Origin: Deltaproteobacteria bacterium
Lineage (GTDB): Bacteria > Myxococcota > Kuafuiibacteriia > Kuafuiibacteriales > Kuafuiibacteriaceae
Reading direction: 5' to 3'
DNA length: 64,000 nucleotides
Assembly (NCBI GenBank): GCA_040218735.1
Contig: JAVJQW010000008.1
Location: forward strand, 160,001-224,000
Below the pieces are notes generated by a model that saw nothing but the letters and a program-made list of their open reading frames with translations, had not been told where the DNA came from and searched no databases. Both the position numbers and the translations under genes were made by a program. Each line of letters starts with the position of its first letter. Position 1 is the first letter of the stretch. This document shows, piece after piece, positions 48,201 to 57,122 of this stretch.

Positions 48201-51200
48201 GTTCGGGCCGCGTTCGGTGCGGCGCCCCCTTCACCTGCCTCGACAACCGCTCGGGCGGCCCCTGCGCACGGGTGCCGCCGAGCTGCGTCGGCGGCGCGTC
48301 GGGGGACCGCTGTGATCCCACGCGCGGCATCTACTGCGGCCCGGGCCTCAGCTGCGTCGCGCGTCAACCGGCTGCGGGCGAGCCGCCCATCTCGACGTGT
48401 GAGGGGCTCCGCAGCGAGTGCGCGCCGACGGAGATCACCGCGGGCTGTGAAGGGGACATCGCGACGTTCTGCGTCGGCAACCGCGAAGGGACCGCGGTCG
48501 AGCCGGTCGGCTTCGACTGCGCTTCGTTCGGGAGCACGTGTGTTCGCGAGGGGCGGACGCAGGCGATCTGCGAAGGCGGGGAGGGCGCCCCCTGCGACGA
48601 CCCGACGCTCCACCCCGCTTCGTTGCTCCGGTGCCTCCCCGGCTACGCGTGCGCGGGCTCCGGCGCCACCCTCGGCACCTGCGTCGAGGTCTCACCGACG
48701 CGCGACGGTGGCGTCCGCGACGGCGCCGTGGCGCCGGACGGTGGCGTGGTCCGCGACGGCGGGAGCGAAGGCCCCGTGCGCGACGCGGGCACGACCCGAC
48801 CGAAGGCGCCCGACGAAGGCGGGTGTGGCTGCACCGCGACGGAGCGCTCCGATGTGAGTTGGGGGTGGTCGCTCGCGCTGGTCGCGTTGTTGTTCCGGCG
48901 GCGGCGCGCGGTGCTCGCCGTGTTGTTCGCGCTCGCGTTGGTCGCGGCGGATGACGACGCCGAAGCCAAAGGGTTCCGCGGCTCGACGCTGACGCCGAGC
49001 CGTCCGCTCGGGTCGGGCTCGGGACTCCAGGTCGGCGCCGGCGCGGTGTCGACGTTGAGCTGTCCGATGACCGTCGACGACTGCCTCGATCCGATCTTCG
49101 GCGTGTCGGCGTGCGGGCGGATCGAGATGCAGCTCCTGCTCGGCGTGTCGCCCGGCCTGTCGGTGTGTTTCGACCACTGCAACGCGAACCCGCCGGACCT
49201 CGCCGCGTGCCAGAGCACCGACTACTTCCGGACGATCTGCGGCCAGTACGAGGCGTCGACCTTCCTGATCCCCGAGCCGCCCGAGTGCCAACCGCCGACC
49301 GGGCCGGCGTACCCGTGTGAGCACCCTTCGGCGTGTGTGAACCTCCTGCGCGGGTGGATCGACGACACTGCGCTCCAGTTCGGGAGCGCGGCGCCGGCGG
49401 TCGCCCCCACGACGGTCGTCGTCCCGCCGACGTCGGGTGACAACGTCGGCACACCCCCCGCCGGGTCGCTGCTCGCAGTGAAGAAGCCGGACTACACGCC
49501 GGTGGGGATGCGATCGGACAGCCTCGAGACCACCCTTTGGGGCTTCCATCAGACCGACGTCACGCAGGGGTCCAACCTCGACAACGTCGCGGCGCTGTCG
49601 CGCATCCAGACGCAGCGACAGGCGTGGGCGGCGAACGGCGACGTCGTCGGGAGCTGCAACGAGTACGCGTACGAGTTGTTCTACTCGGTGAGCCAGTTCC
49701 AGGATCAGAAGATCACCCTCGGCTCGGAGTACCGCGACGTCTTCGACCTCGCCTATCAGGTCGCGAACCCGGTGCCCGCGCACGCGCTCGGCACACGCGG
49801 GGTGATGAACCTCGCGGAGGTTCGCTTCGACGGTGCGCCGTCACCGGATCAGCACGAGTTCCCGTCGTGGCAGCAGTACAAGAACTCGTTCTTCGCCGCC
49901 GACTACATGAACCCGACCCAACGCTCGATGATCCTCGCGGATCTCGAACCCGGCGATCCTCGCCCGTCGAACAAACAGATCATCCTGCTCGACGACGATC
50001 TCTACGCCACCGTCTGGGATGGCTACATCAACGGTCGCTACACCGAGTCGTGGCAGTGGCACCTCGACCAATCGAACGCGTTGCAGCCGCTCTACCTCGA
50101 CGAGCAGCTCTTCCAGATCGAGAAGTTCAAGCTGGAGTTCGAGCAGCTCTTGTTCCGCCGCGCGCAGGTGCTCTCCGCGATCCAGGCGATCTACCGGCGC
50201 TGGCACGAGGGGGTGCTCGAATCGATCCCCGAATTCGCGGACGACTCGTTCTTCGATCCGTCGATCTACGAGAGTCAGATCTACGTCGGCGAAGATCCGA
50301 TCTCCCAGCTGCTCGCGGAGCAGCGCGCGCAGCGCGCGGACCGCGCCGCGTCGCAGGGGCTCGTCAGCAGCAACGAGGTCGTCAGCGTCCAACACGGCTT
50401 CAACTACTCGGACTTCACGCAGCTCCCGAGCGGACAGGTCACCACGCCCTTCTCGGCGCCGCTCCCGGGTGCCGGCTCCGTCACGACGCGCGGGGGGATC
50501 TCGGCGACGCAGTCGGTCGCTCGGGCGACGCAGGCGCTGCGCGGCATGTCGATGTCGAGCTCGTTGGTCGCGGAGTCGGTGGGTCTGCAGGGCTCGCTGT
50601 CGGACGTGGTCGCGCCGGGCCTGGAGGGCCTGTACGCGATGCTCGCCGGGGTCGATGCGCTGATCGAGGCGGCGCTGTTCGAGGCGGAGGCGCTCGGCTG
50701 CCTCGCCCCGGGGCTCACGCCGTGTGACTGGTCGCCGCGTCTGTTCAGCCAGCGCGTCACGGATCTCGGGCGCTACCGCGAGCCGTATTACGAGCAGTGC
50801 CGCGAGTACACGGCCGACACCGGCTTCGCGGCGATCGTGAATGCGACGCCGTTTGTCTACCCCAACCCGTCGGGCGGTCAGCCTCCGGAGCTCGTCACGA
50901 TGGTCGACGGACAGTCGTGCAACCGCGCCGCCTACAACACGGACCTCGACGCGATGCAGCTCTACTTCGACTGCGTCGACCAACACAAAAAGGACCTCGT
51001 CTCCGCGCTGACCCAGATCCTCGGGAAGGAGGGCTTCGTGATCGGACCGCCGCCCGACTACGACGTACGGATCGGCGGCGTCGAGAGCGACACCTTCGAG
51101 ACCGGCAACGACATGTTCGAGGCGCGCGGAGGTTTCGAAGCGACGTGGGGCATGACGATCGCCGGCGTCGAGACGAGCAGCCCCGACTGGTGTCTCCTCG

Positions 51201-51937
51201 AACCCTCGCTCCACGCTGCGTTGTGGGCGGGCGGGCGCGCGTTGTTCGCGAACTTCGAGCTCGTCGACGCCCACGCCACGATCAGCGCCGAGCCGGGCGT
51301 CGACTCGGAGGCGTACATGGAGGTCGCGGGTGTCGAGCTCGTCGACACCGGTCCGCACCAGTTCGCGACGAACATGGACTTCAACATCATCGAAGACGGC
51401 GGCGAGGAGTCCGAGGACTTCTTCAAGGCGCAGGCGACCATCACCGTCGTCGTCGTACCGGTGACGATCCGCGGCGGCGTCGCCGGGCGGATCGGCGCGA
51501 CGGTGGGGCTCGGCATGGGCCAGCCCAAGGGCGGGTCGTGCAGCACCGCCGACGTCCTCCTCGAGGGCCACTTCACCCCTTACGTGGGCGTCGACGCGTT
51601 CGCCTCGGTGAGCATCGACGCCCTGATCGTCGAAGCGGGCATCAAGGTCACGCTCGTGCTCGTGCAAGCTGACTTGCCGCTGGACGTCGCCGTGGAGGTC
51701 GACGGGATGCAGGCGGGGAGTGTGCTGGGCGCAAACATGGCGGTCTCGGCCAACCTCGATCTCGTGCTCTCCATCCTCTCGGGTTGGGTGAGCGCGTTCG
51801 TGGAGATCTGTTACCTGATCGGGTGCGAGTACTTCGAGGAGATCCTGTTCCGCTGGGACGGGCCGCGCTTCACGCAAAATCTATTCAGTGTCGGCTTCGA
51901 GGTTCCGCTCTTGCCGCTGACCACGCTGGGAGACTGA
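45203..51937 (+). CDS. Giant secreted protein: SBBP beta-propeller repeats, DUF11, Cys-rich region, internal MYXO-CTERM, second signal-like segment, second ~990-aa Cys/helical/beta-sheet protein
   Basis: Start at GTG 45203 gives signal peptide VNLRTLGTTVVGICLFSPLAFG; FEENVGQ, PLLIDP, repeated LVYSTFLGG/DAFVAKID; DUF11 (TFTVHITNLG...DVVLTDDLP...DANPAND); DEGGCGC...LALVALLFRRRR at 48812-48907; single open frame to 51937. Confidence 0.8.
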   Translation: MNLRTLGTTVVGICLFSPLAFGSEAARVFEENVGQADARVTHFARGARDTFFVTRDGFAIVAPGYAVTAQLGRPGPVLERSALPGRVHHLVGDPKKWRADIDTFDVVTRVAGKGVTVDHRFDERGRVAFDVHLAAGADLATFALRFDGPQKITIDDAGRLVLDERIYLTAPLASQDGEAVPCHFVIRGDAIGFEASYDPRRPLLIDPTIEYGTLLGSTGSSIEAVDADASGNIYVFGTTSQATFPTTVGVYDTTLEGTDAFVAKIDPTLTGAASLVFSTFVGGSQTDRIYAGAVGPNGRPHFFARMSNDFITTANAFDATRSGGFPGYIAVLSATGAALDYGTWFSDGGQSAIDVDAAGHIYVGGSNNSTSHPLTPSAYQSTRMNSDAYVARLDITLPPAQQLVYSTRFGGFASDATMALDADDNGHVFLLIDSGSSDLPVTVGAFQTRADTYAVARFDTNASGAASLVYSTFLGGTGGETRRVNVGDIATDGAGHAYVTGGTASADFPTTAGAFATTIPATGSAFITKIAPTGTALVYSTFVGGSSPSDEGYDIAVNSLGEAFLTHRSSLAPSPCGFAGATGLQSGLTRMNAAGSAIIHTTRLGESEAAHLALTPAGVAVIGGTLDTPTFPLSGGFATSLAGNDGFVAAVSMEPGCTDLDVDITVDPNPTTAGNGATFTVHITNLGVDPAHDVVLTDDLPDGVSLVLAEPRADCPRVDPVVCSLGTIGAGATSTVTVRISTTRSSPANILNTVEVSSSSPDANPANDVASVVLNISPRADGCGPVTYFGDCNGATLTYCEAEGTAAERVVTVDCASQFPGARATCGLVDATHGNDCVVLAGETCAFADELQRPQYALCDGSAPGCVYDEAAGEAICQEGVGPCTPAVAGAAYAPTCIQGVLAFDCRVSQPVGYDCGGAGGTCANATCSGLPEGARCNDADLLCVETAAICDVYTDRCLGLGAVCDATMFTASCDGDTLELCDPRVGRVVRTDCATAFEGSGRVRCGAPFTCLDNRSGGPCARVPPSCVGGASGDRCDPTRGIYCGPGLSCVARQPAAGEPPISTCEGLRSECAPTEITAGCEGDIATFCVGNREGTAVEPVGFDCASFGSTCVREGRTQAICEGGEGAPCDDPTLHPASLLRCLPGYACAGSGATLGTCVEVSPTRDGGVRDGAVAPDGGVVRDGGSEGPVRDAGTTRPKAPDEGGCGCTATERSDVSWGWSLALVALLFRRRRAVLAVLFALALVAADDDAEAKGFRGSTLTPSRPLGSGSGLQVGAGAVSTLSCPMTVDDCLDPIFGVSACGRIEMQLLLGVSPGLSVCFDHCNANPPDLAACQSTDYFRTICGQYEASTFLIPEPPECQPPTGPAYPCEHPSACVNLLRGWIDDTALQFGSAAPAVAPTTVVVPPTSGDNVGTPPAGSLLAVKKPDYTPVGMRSDSLETTLWGFHQTDVTQGSNLDNVAALSRIQTQRQAWAANGDVVGSCNEYAYELFYSVSQFQDQKITLGSEYRDVFDLAYQVANPVPAHALGTRGVMNLAEVRFDGAPSPDQHEFPSWQQYKNSFFAADYMNPTQRSMILADLEPGDPRPSNKQIILLDDDLYATVWDGYINGRYTESWQWHLDQSNALQPLYLDEQLFQIEKFKLEFEQLLFRRAQVLSAIQAIYRRWHEGVLESIPEFADDSFFDPSIYESQIYVGEDPISQLLAEQRAQRADRAASQGLVSSNEVVSVQHGFNYSDFTQLPSGQVTTPFSAPLPGAGSVTTRGGISATQSVARATQALRGMSMSSSLVAESVGLQGSLSDVVAPGLEGLYAMLAGVDALIEAALFEAEALGCLAPGLTPCDWSPRLFSQRVTDLGRYREPYYEQCREYTADTGFAAIVNATPFVYPNPSGGQPPELVTMVDGQSCNRAAYNTDLDAMQLYFDCVDQHKKDLVSALTQILGKEGFVIGPPPDYDVRIGGVESDTFETGNDMFEARGGFEATWGMTIAGVETSSPDWCLLEPSLHAALWAGGRALFANFELVDAHATISAEPGVDSEAYMEVAGVELVDTGPHQFATNMDFNIIEDGGEESEDFFKAQATITVVVVPVTIRGGVAGRIGATVGLGMGQPKGGSCSTADVLLEGHFTPYVGVDAFASVSIDALIVEAGIKVTLVLVQADLPLDVAVEVDGMQAGSVLGANMAVSANLDLVLSILSGWVSAFVEICYLIGCEYFEEILFRWDGPRFTQNLFSVGFEVPLLPLTTLGD

Positions 51938-51942
51938 CGAAG

Positions 51943-53634
51943 ATGACCGTCAAGAAGCTCTGGGTCCTCACGATCCCCGCCGCGGTCGCGGTGGCGGCCT
52001 ACCTCTATCCGGACGAAGCACCGAAGCGCGGGGCAGCGCTCCGCTACGACGTAGAGCTCGACGGGAAGTCCCGCGCGCAGCTCGGCGCGCCGGAGCAACC
52101 GGTCGTCGTGGACAGCCGCTACGCGGTCGCGGCGTCCGTCGAGCTCCAACCGACGACCGACGCGCCGGGCGCTCCGATGGCGCTCACGTTCCTCGCCGTG
52201 GAGCGGGCGACGGTCGAGGTCCTCGGCGAGGCGGCGCTCGACGCGACGGGGATCGCCGGGCGGACCTTCTTCATCGACGGCGACGCGCTGGTGTCTCCCG
52301 CAGATGCGACGCTCGATCATCGGCGCCTCGCGCAGCTGGTCGCGTCCGAGCTCGCGGTGGAGCTCTCCGACGAACGCAACTGGACTTCGATCGAATCGGG
52401 GCTCCTGGGTCGGGTGGAGTCGAAGTACGAACGCGACGGCGAGACGATCGTCCGCGACCGCGTGGCGTACGCGACCCTGCGCTCGGGCGTCGACGCGAAC
52501 ACGGCGAAGGTCACCGGGCGCGACGCGATCGAGATCGAGGACGGACGGTTGCGTTCGCTCGTCGGATCCGAGGAGGTTGTCGCCGCGTCCTTCGTCGCGG
52601 AGGCGTCCCGGCGGATCGTGCGCGTCGGCGTCGAGATCGCGCGCCCGATCGTGCAGCCGCCCAAGGTCGTTCGCCACGTGATGAGCGAGCCGATCGTCAG
52701 CGGGACCGCTCAGGATCGCGCGGTGCGGGATCGCATCGACGGGCTCACCCCGGACGCGCTCGTCGCCGACCTCGAGGCCCACCCCACGGGCCAGCTTCCG
52801 CACCACAACGCGTGGCTGTGGCGGGCGACCGGGTTGCTTCGGGCGCAGCCCGAGGTCGCGGCGCGCCTCGTCCAGACGATCCAGTCGCCGGCGATGACGA
52901 CCGGGGGGCGCGGGCTCGTCCTCGACCTCCTCGCCTCGGCGGGGCACGCCGAGGCGCAAGCGGCCATGCGATCGATCGTCGAGCTCGACGCGGTGAAGGA
53001 CGATCCGAAGGCGTCGCTCCTGTTCCAGCGCTTCGCGTTGTTGAAGCAGCCCGACGCGGCGACCGTCCGTTTCCTCACCGACGCACGCAACACCGCCGGC
53101 GACATCGACCGGTACACCGCGAGCACCGTGTCCCTCGGCGCGGCGGCGGCGCGCGTCGAAGGGGGCGATCGGATCGCGCAGGGGCTGCTCGCCGACCTCT
53201 CCGCGGAGACCGACGAAGACCGGCTCCGCGCGATCGTCGCGGGCGTGGGCAACACCAGGTACGAGCCGGCCGCGTCCGAGCTCGCGGCGAAAGCGCGCAC
53301 GTTCTCGCCGCGCCTCCGCGCTGCGACGGCGTCGGCGCTTCGGCACCTGCACTCGGACCAGGCGCGCGCGCTCGCGCTCGCCCTCGCGCGGGACCCGGTC
53401 GATCTGGTGCAGGTCCGTGCGCTTCACGCGCTCCGCAAGCAGGGGCTCCGGCCGCAGGACATCGCGGGGCTCGATCCGCGCCCCCTCGCCGAGCTCGCGC
53501 TCCCGGCGTTCGTGACGCTGCTCGAGCCCCACGTGAACCACCCCGACGCGCGGCGCGCCTTGACCCAGGTGCTCGCGCGAAAGGCCGACCCGCAGCTCAA
53601 AGCGCGCGTACGTGATCTCCTCCAGACCCCCTGA
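51943..53634 (+). CDS. Membrane-anchored HEAT-repeat protein resembling the vitellogenin/MTP N-terminal lipid-transport module
   Basis: ATG 5 nt after the giant gene's stop; N-terminal TM; beta-rich first half (LRYDVELDGKS, ESGLLGRVESKY, IVRDRVAY) then helical repeats (LVLDLLASAGHAEAQAAM, VSLGAAA, AGVGNT, LRAATASALRH). Confidence 0.7.
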   Translation: MTVKKLWVLTIPAAVAVAAYLYPDEAPKRGAALRYDVELDGKSRAQLGAPEQPVVVDSRYAVAASVELQPTTDAPGAPMALTFLAVERATVEVLGEAALDATGIAGRTFFIDGDALVSPADATLDHRRLAQLVASELAVELSDERNWTSIESGLLGRVESKYERDGETIVRDRVAYATLRSGVDANTAKVTGRDAIEIEDGRLRSLVGSEEVVAASFVAEASRRIVRVGVEIARPIVQPPKVVRHVMSEPIVSGTAQDRAVRDRIDGLTPDALVADLEAHPTGQLPHHNAWLWRATGLLRAQPEVAARLVQTIQSPAMTTGGRGLVLDLLASAGHAEAQAAMRSIVELDAVKDDPKASLLFQRFALLKQPDAATVRFLTDARNTAGDIDRYTASTVSLGAAAARVEGGDRIAQGLLADLSAETDEDRLRAIVAGVGNTRYEPAASELAAKARTFSPRLRAATASALRHLHSDQARALALALARDPVDLVQVRALHALRKQGLRPQDIAGLDPRPLAELALPAFVTLLEPHVNHPDARRALTQVLARKADPQLKARVRDLLQTP

Positions 53635-53693
53635 CGACGGGCGTCGCGGCTCGAGCCCTTGACGTGGGGAAGACGGGCTGGTTCGTCAGTGCC

Positions 53694-54509
53694 ATGCACA
53701 AGCGCACGATGACCGCGTTCTCGCTCCTGACGATGACTCTCCTGTTGGGGTGCCCCAAGAAGGAGGAGGCGAAGGCGCCGCCGGTCGCCGAGAAGAAGGC
53801 GGAAGCCAAACCCGCCGAGGCGAAGAAGGCGGAGGCCCCCGAGCACTACTTCAACAAGAAGGAGAACCTGGACCCGGATCCGGCGTACGTCCCCGGCGAC
53901 TACCCGGCGCCGGACACCGCGGCCGCGAAGAAGGCCTACGAGGAGCGGGCCGCGAAGATCGCGGTCGGGGGTGACAAGACCCTGAAGGTGCAGGAGGGCG
54001 GCGAGCTCACCTTCGGCATCGCGAAGAACGAGGAGAAGCGTGTCTTCGGCTACTTCCGCAAGTACGCCGGCGCAGTGGCACTCGGTGCGTCGGGGCCCGA
54101 AAAGGTGGAGCTGGTCATCGACGTCAACTCGATCGACACGGCGGTCGCGGGCCGCGATCACCGCATCATGGACATCCTCCTCCAGAGCATGAAGCCCGAG
54201 TACGGGACGGCGGTCCTCGTGTTCGACAAGTTCGACATGGGCGGCAAGTCCTGGGACGACGCCGTGAAGGAGGGCGCGCCGATCGTCGCCTCCGGCTCGC
54301 TGACGGTGAACGACAAGTCGAACCCGGTGAAGACCAAGCTGAGCGTCACCCAAGAGGGTGACGTCTACACGGTCGAGACGACGGACAAGGTGCTGATCAA
54401 GCTCTCCGACTACGGCTACGGCGAGCGTCCGTACGCGCTCATGAAGGCGTGCAACCACGTCTCGATGGGCAACGTCGTCGACCTCGCGGTGAACGTGAAG
54501 CTGAAGTAG
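53694..54509 (+). CDS. YceI-like lipid/polyisoprenoid-binding lipoprotein
   Basis: LLGC lipobox; VFGYF, VIDVNSIDTAVAGRDHRI, GSLTVNDKSNPV, IKLSDYG, VDLAVNVKL follow the YceI pattern. Confidence 0.8.
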   Translation: MHKRTMTAFSLLTMTLLLGCPKKEEAKAPPVAEKKAEAKPAEAKKAEAPEHYFNKKENLDPDPAYVPGDYPAPDTAAAKKAYEERAAKIAVGGDKTLKVQEGGELTFGIAKNEEKRVFGYFRKYAGAVALGASGPEKVELVIDVNSIDTAVAGRDHRIMDILLQSMKPEYGTAVLVFDKFDMGGKSWDDAVKEGAPIVASGSLTVNDKSNPVKTKLSVTQEGDVYTVETTDKVLIKLSDYGYGERPYALMKACNHVSMGNVVDLAVNVKLK

Positions 54510-54516
54510 ACCGCGG

Positions 54517-56052
54517 TCAGCGGCGCTCGGCGACGTCGACGGCGAGCATGGACCGACCGGAGGACTCGGTTCCGTCGCGCGGGCTCGGCTCGTGCGTTTG
54601 CCACCACGCGGCGGCGTCCTCCGTGGTCCACGCTTCGAGCACGAGCGTGTCGAGCGCGGCGGCGAGGGCGGCTCCGTCCGCCGGGCGTTCTTCGGGGCGC
54701 TTCGCGAGGCAGCGGAGGATCAGCGCTTCCAGCTCGGCGTCGATCGGGCGGCCCAGCGCTTCGGACGGAGGTTCGGGCGTGTCGTTGAGATGTCGCGAGC
54801 ACACTTCGATCACCGTTCGCCCCTCGAAGACGTCGCGCCCCGTGAGGAGGAAGTAGCCGACCGCGCCGAGCGCGTACACGTCGGACGGCGCGCCCACGTC
54901 GTCCGGGTCGCTGATCGCTTCCGGTGCGAGGAAGCTCGGCGTCCCGACCACGACGTTGGCGTTCGTGAGCCCGTCGGCGACCGGGTCGTCGATCGCTTTG
55001 ACGAGGCCGAAGTCCAGCACCTTGACGGTGTCCGGCGTGTTCGCGCGGACGCACAGCATGATGTTCGCCGGTTTGATGTCGCGGTGGACGAGCCCCATCG
55101 AGTGCGCCTCCGCGAGCGCGCGCGCGGCCTGGAGCAGGATGTGGCCGACGCGGCCGGCGGGCACCGGTCCAGCGAGCTCGACCAGCGCCTCCAGCGTGAA
55201 GCCCTCGACGTACTCCATCGCGTAGTAGAACTGCCCGTCGGGCGTTCGGCCGTAGTCGTAGATCGACACGCTGTTGGGATGTTCGAGCCGGCTCGTCTGC
55301 GTCACTTCGCGCTCGAACCGGGCGATGGTCTGTTCGCCGGCCTTGTCGATCGGCAGGAGTTTGACGGCCGTCGGGCGTCGCAGCATCACGTGCGTCGCGC
55401 GGTACACGACGCCCATACCGCCTTCACCGAGTTTGCTCGACAGCTCGTACTGGCCGAGCCGTAGCGCGTCCCGCACCTGACGCCGCAGGCCGTAGATCAC
55501 GTGCGAGGTGACGGCGTTGGCGCCGACGAACGCAACGCCCATGAACGTGAGGCCTTCGCGGAGGAGGTGGTGCGTCGCTTGGAAGGGTTCGGAGATCAGG
55601 ATGGGCAGCATGCACGCGGCGCCGACGAAGAGTGTCCGGAGCGTCTGACTGGGTACGAGCGCGGCGCGTACGCCGAGCAGCAGCATCACGCCGAACAACG
55701 TGAACACCGGGCCGTACGCGGGGGTGTCGGCCGGTGCGAACGCTTCGCCGATGAACACGTAGATCGTGGACAGCCCGACGGTGACGCCCACTTCGAACGC
55801 GAGCACGACGAGCCGCGGCGCTCGCGTGAACTTGAGGAGCGACCACGAGGCCAAGAGCACGGCGGTCACGAGGTACCGGAGCGTCGCGATGCCCTCGGGG
55901 ATCTCGGGCGTGCCCTGGGCGTCGAAGACCAGCGGCGTCACGAAGTCGGAGACGTACGCCGCGACGTCGATCATGAGGATCACCTGTACGTACAGACGGG
56001 TGCGATCGCGGAGCAGGTCGACGTCCCGCGGACTCGCACTCGCGGACGACAC
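54517..56052 (-). CDS. Membrane-bound Ser/Thr protein kinase (N-terminal multi-TM sensor)
   Basis: About 6 TM helices then LGEGGMGVVY, AVK, HRDIKPAN, DFG, GTPSFLAPE, SDVYALG. Confidence 0.92.
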   Translation of the reverse strand: MSSASASPRDVDLLRDRTRLYVQVILMIDVAAYVSDFVTPLVFDAQGTPEIPEGIATLRYLVTAVLLASWSLLKFTRAPRLVVLAFEVGVTVGLSTIYVFIGEAFAPADTPAYGPVFTLFGVMLLLGVRAALVPSQTLRTLFVGAACMLPILISEPFQATHHLLREGLTFMGVAFVGANAVTSHVIYGLRRQVRDALRLGQYELSSKLGEGGMGVVYRATHVMLRRPTAVKLLPIDKAGEQTIARFEREVTQTSRLEHPNSVSIYDYGRTPDGQFYYAMEYVEGFTLEALVELAGPVPAGRVGHILLQAARALAEAHSMGLVHRDIKPANIMLCVRANTPDTVKVLDFGLVKAIDDPVADGLTNANVVVGTPSFLAPEAISDPDDVGAPSDVYALGAVGYFLLTGRDVFEGRTVIEVCSRHLNDTPEPPSEALGRPIDAELEALILRCLAKRPEERPADGAALAAALDTLVLEAWTTEDAAAWWQTHEPSPRDGTESSGRSMLAVDVAERR

Positions 56053-56232
56053 GTCCGGATTCTGCGCATGTTGCGGTCGGGCGGAGCAAGCGCAGGGATC
56101 GTCGCTTCCTCGCGAGCCGGACCTCGCCGCGGCGGTGACGGTCCGTGCGACGTGCTGTCACAGTCCACGCGACACGTCGCCTCCTTGCGGTGCGCTCCGG
56201 TGCTGGCCCACGATGTGCTATCGGAGGTCGAG

Positions 56233-56904
56233 GTGTTTCGGACGACCCTCGTCCTAGCGACGCTCGTCGCATGTGTGATGCCGCGTGTCGCACGCGGTGG
56301 CGACAGTGAGGGATTGGCCGCGTCGTCGACGACGAGCGTGTCGGCCTTACCCGCTCCGGCTCGTGTCCGTGCGTCGGGGCCGAACGACGAAACCTCCAAG
56401 CGGCTGTCCGCCGAAGGTGTGCGGAGGTTCCTGGCGCGGCAATCACAGCGACGGGCTCCGCCGCCCGAGCCCGGCCTCGTGACGGGCGAGGTCTTCGCCG
56501 GCCTCGGCGCGCTCGTTGGGTATCGCCTCGCCTCCGGCGCCGCCTTGTCCGCCGCCGACCCGGAGCTGACGACGTCGTCGGCGACCGGTCTGCTCTTGCT
56601 CGACGCGACACTCACCAGCGCCGTCGTCGCCGGCGCCGTGTACCTCGTCGGCGACTCGAGCACGGACTACGAGCCCTCGTTCCTGGACGGTGTCGTCGGC
56701 GCCGTCGTCGGCTACTGCGTGGGACTGATCGCCTCCGTCGCGGTGGTCGTCGTGGACCGGAACAACCGCGAGCCGCTCGAGCGACATCGCGACGACCTCA
56801 GCACCAGCGCGTTGATCACGATCGGAATCGCGAGCGCGCTCGGACCGCTGTTCGGCGCGGTGATCGGTGTCAACGCGGGCAAGGACATACGCCCCATCGA
56901 GTAG
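56233..56904 (+). CDS. Hypothetical secreted/membrane protein with glycine-zipper helices
   Basis: GGAGG RBS before GTG 56233; signal-like VFRTTLVLATLVAC; four hydrophobic segments; upstream part of track ORF 55501 is the kinase shadow. Confidence 0.62.
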   Translation: MFRTTLVLATLVACVMPRVARGGDSEGLAASSTTSVSALPAPARVRASGPNDETSKRLSAEGVRRFLARQSQRRAPPPEPGLVTGEVFAGLGALVGYRLASGAALSAADPELTTSSATGLLLLDATLTSAVVAGAVYLVGDSSTDYEPSFLDGVVGAVVGYCVGLIASVAVVVVDRNNREPLERHRDDLSTSALITIGIASALGPLFGAVIGVNAGKDIRPIE

Positions 56905-56976
56905 GTGGACGCAAAGCGTTTCCCGCCGCGTCCGAATGTGAGGGTCGCGTGGCCGCGGAGCACCGCGCCACTAGAA

Positions 56977-57026
56977 CGACGAACGCCCGGCGAACCTCGT
57001 GGGCTCGAACCGGGCGTCGCGTTCGC
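56977..57026 (-). terminator. GC-rich stem-loop just downstream of tRNA-Val
   Basis: ACGCCCGG ... CCGGGCGT inverted repeat with inner imperfect pairing, between convergent tRNA and CDS; no strong U-tract. Confidence 0.4.
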
Positions 57027-57030
57027 GGGA

Positions 57031-57105
<75 letters not shown>

Positions 57106-57122
57106 GTGAACGGACCGCGTAG

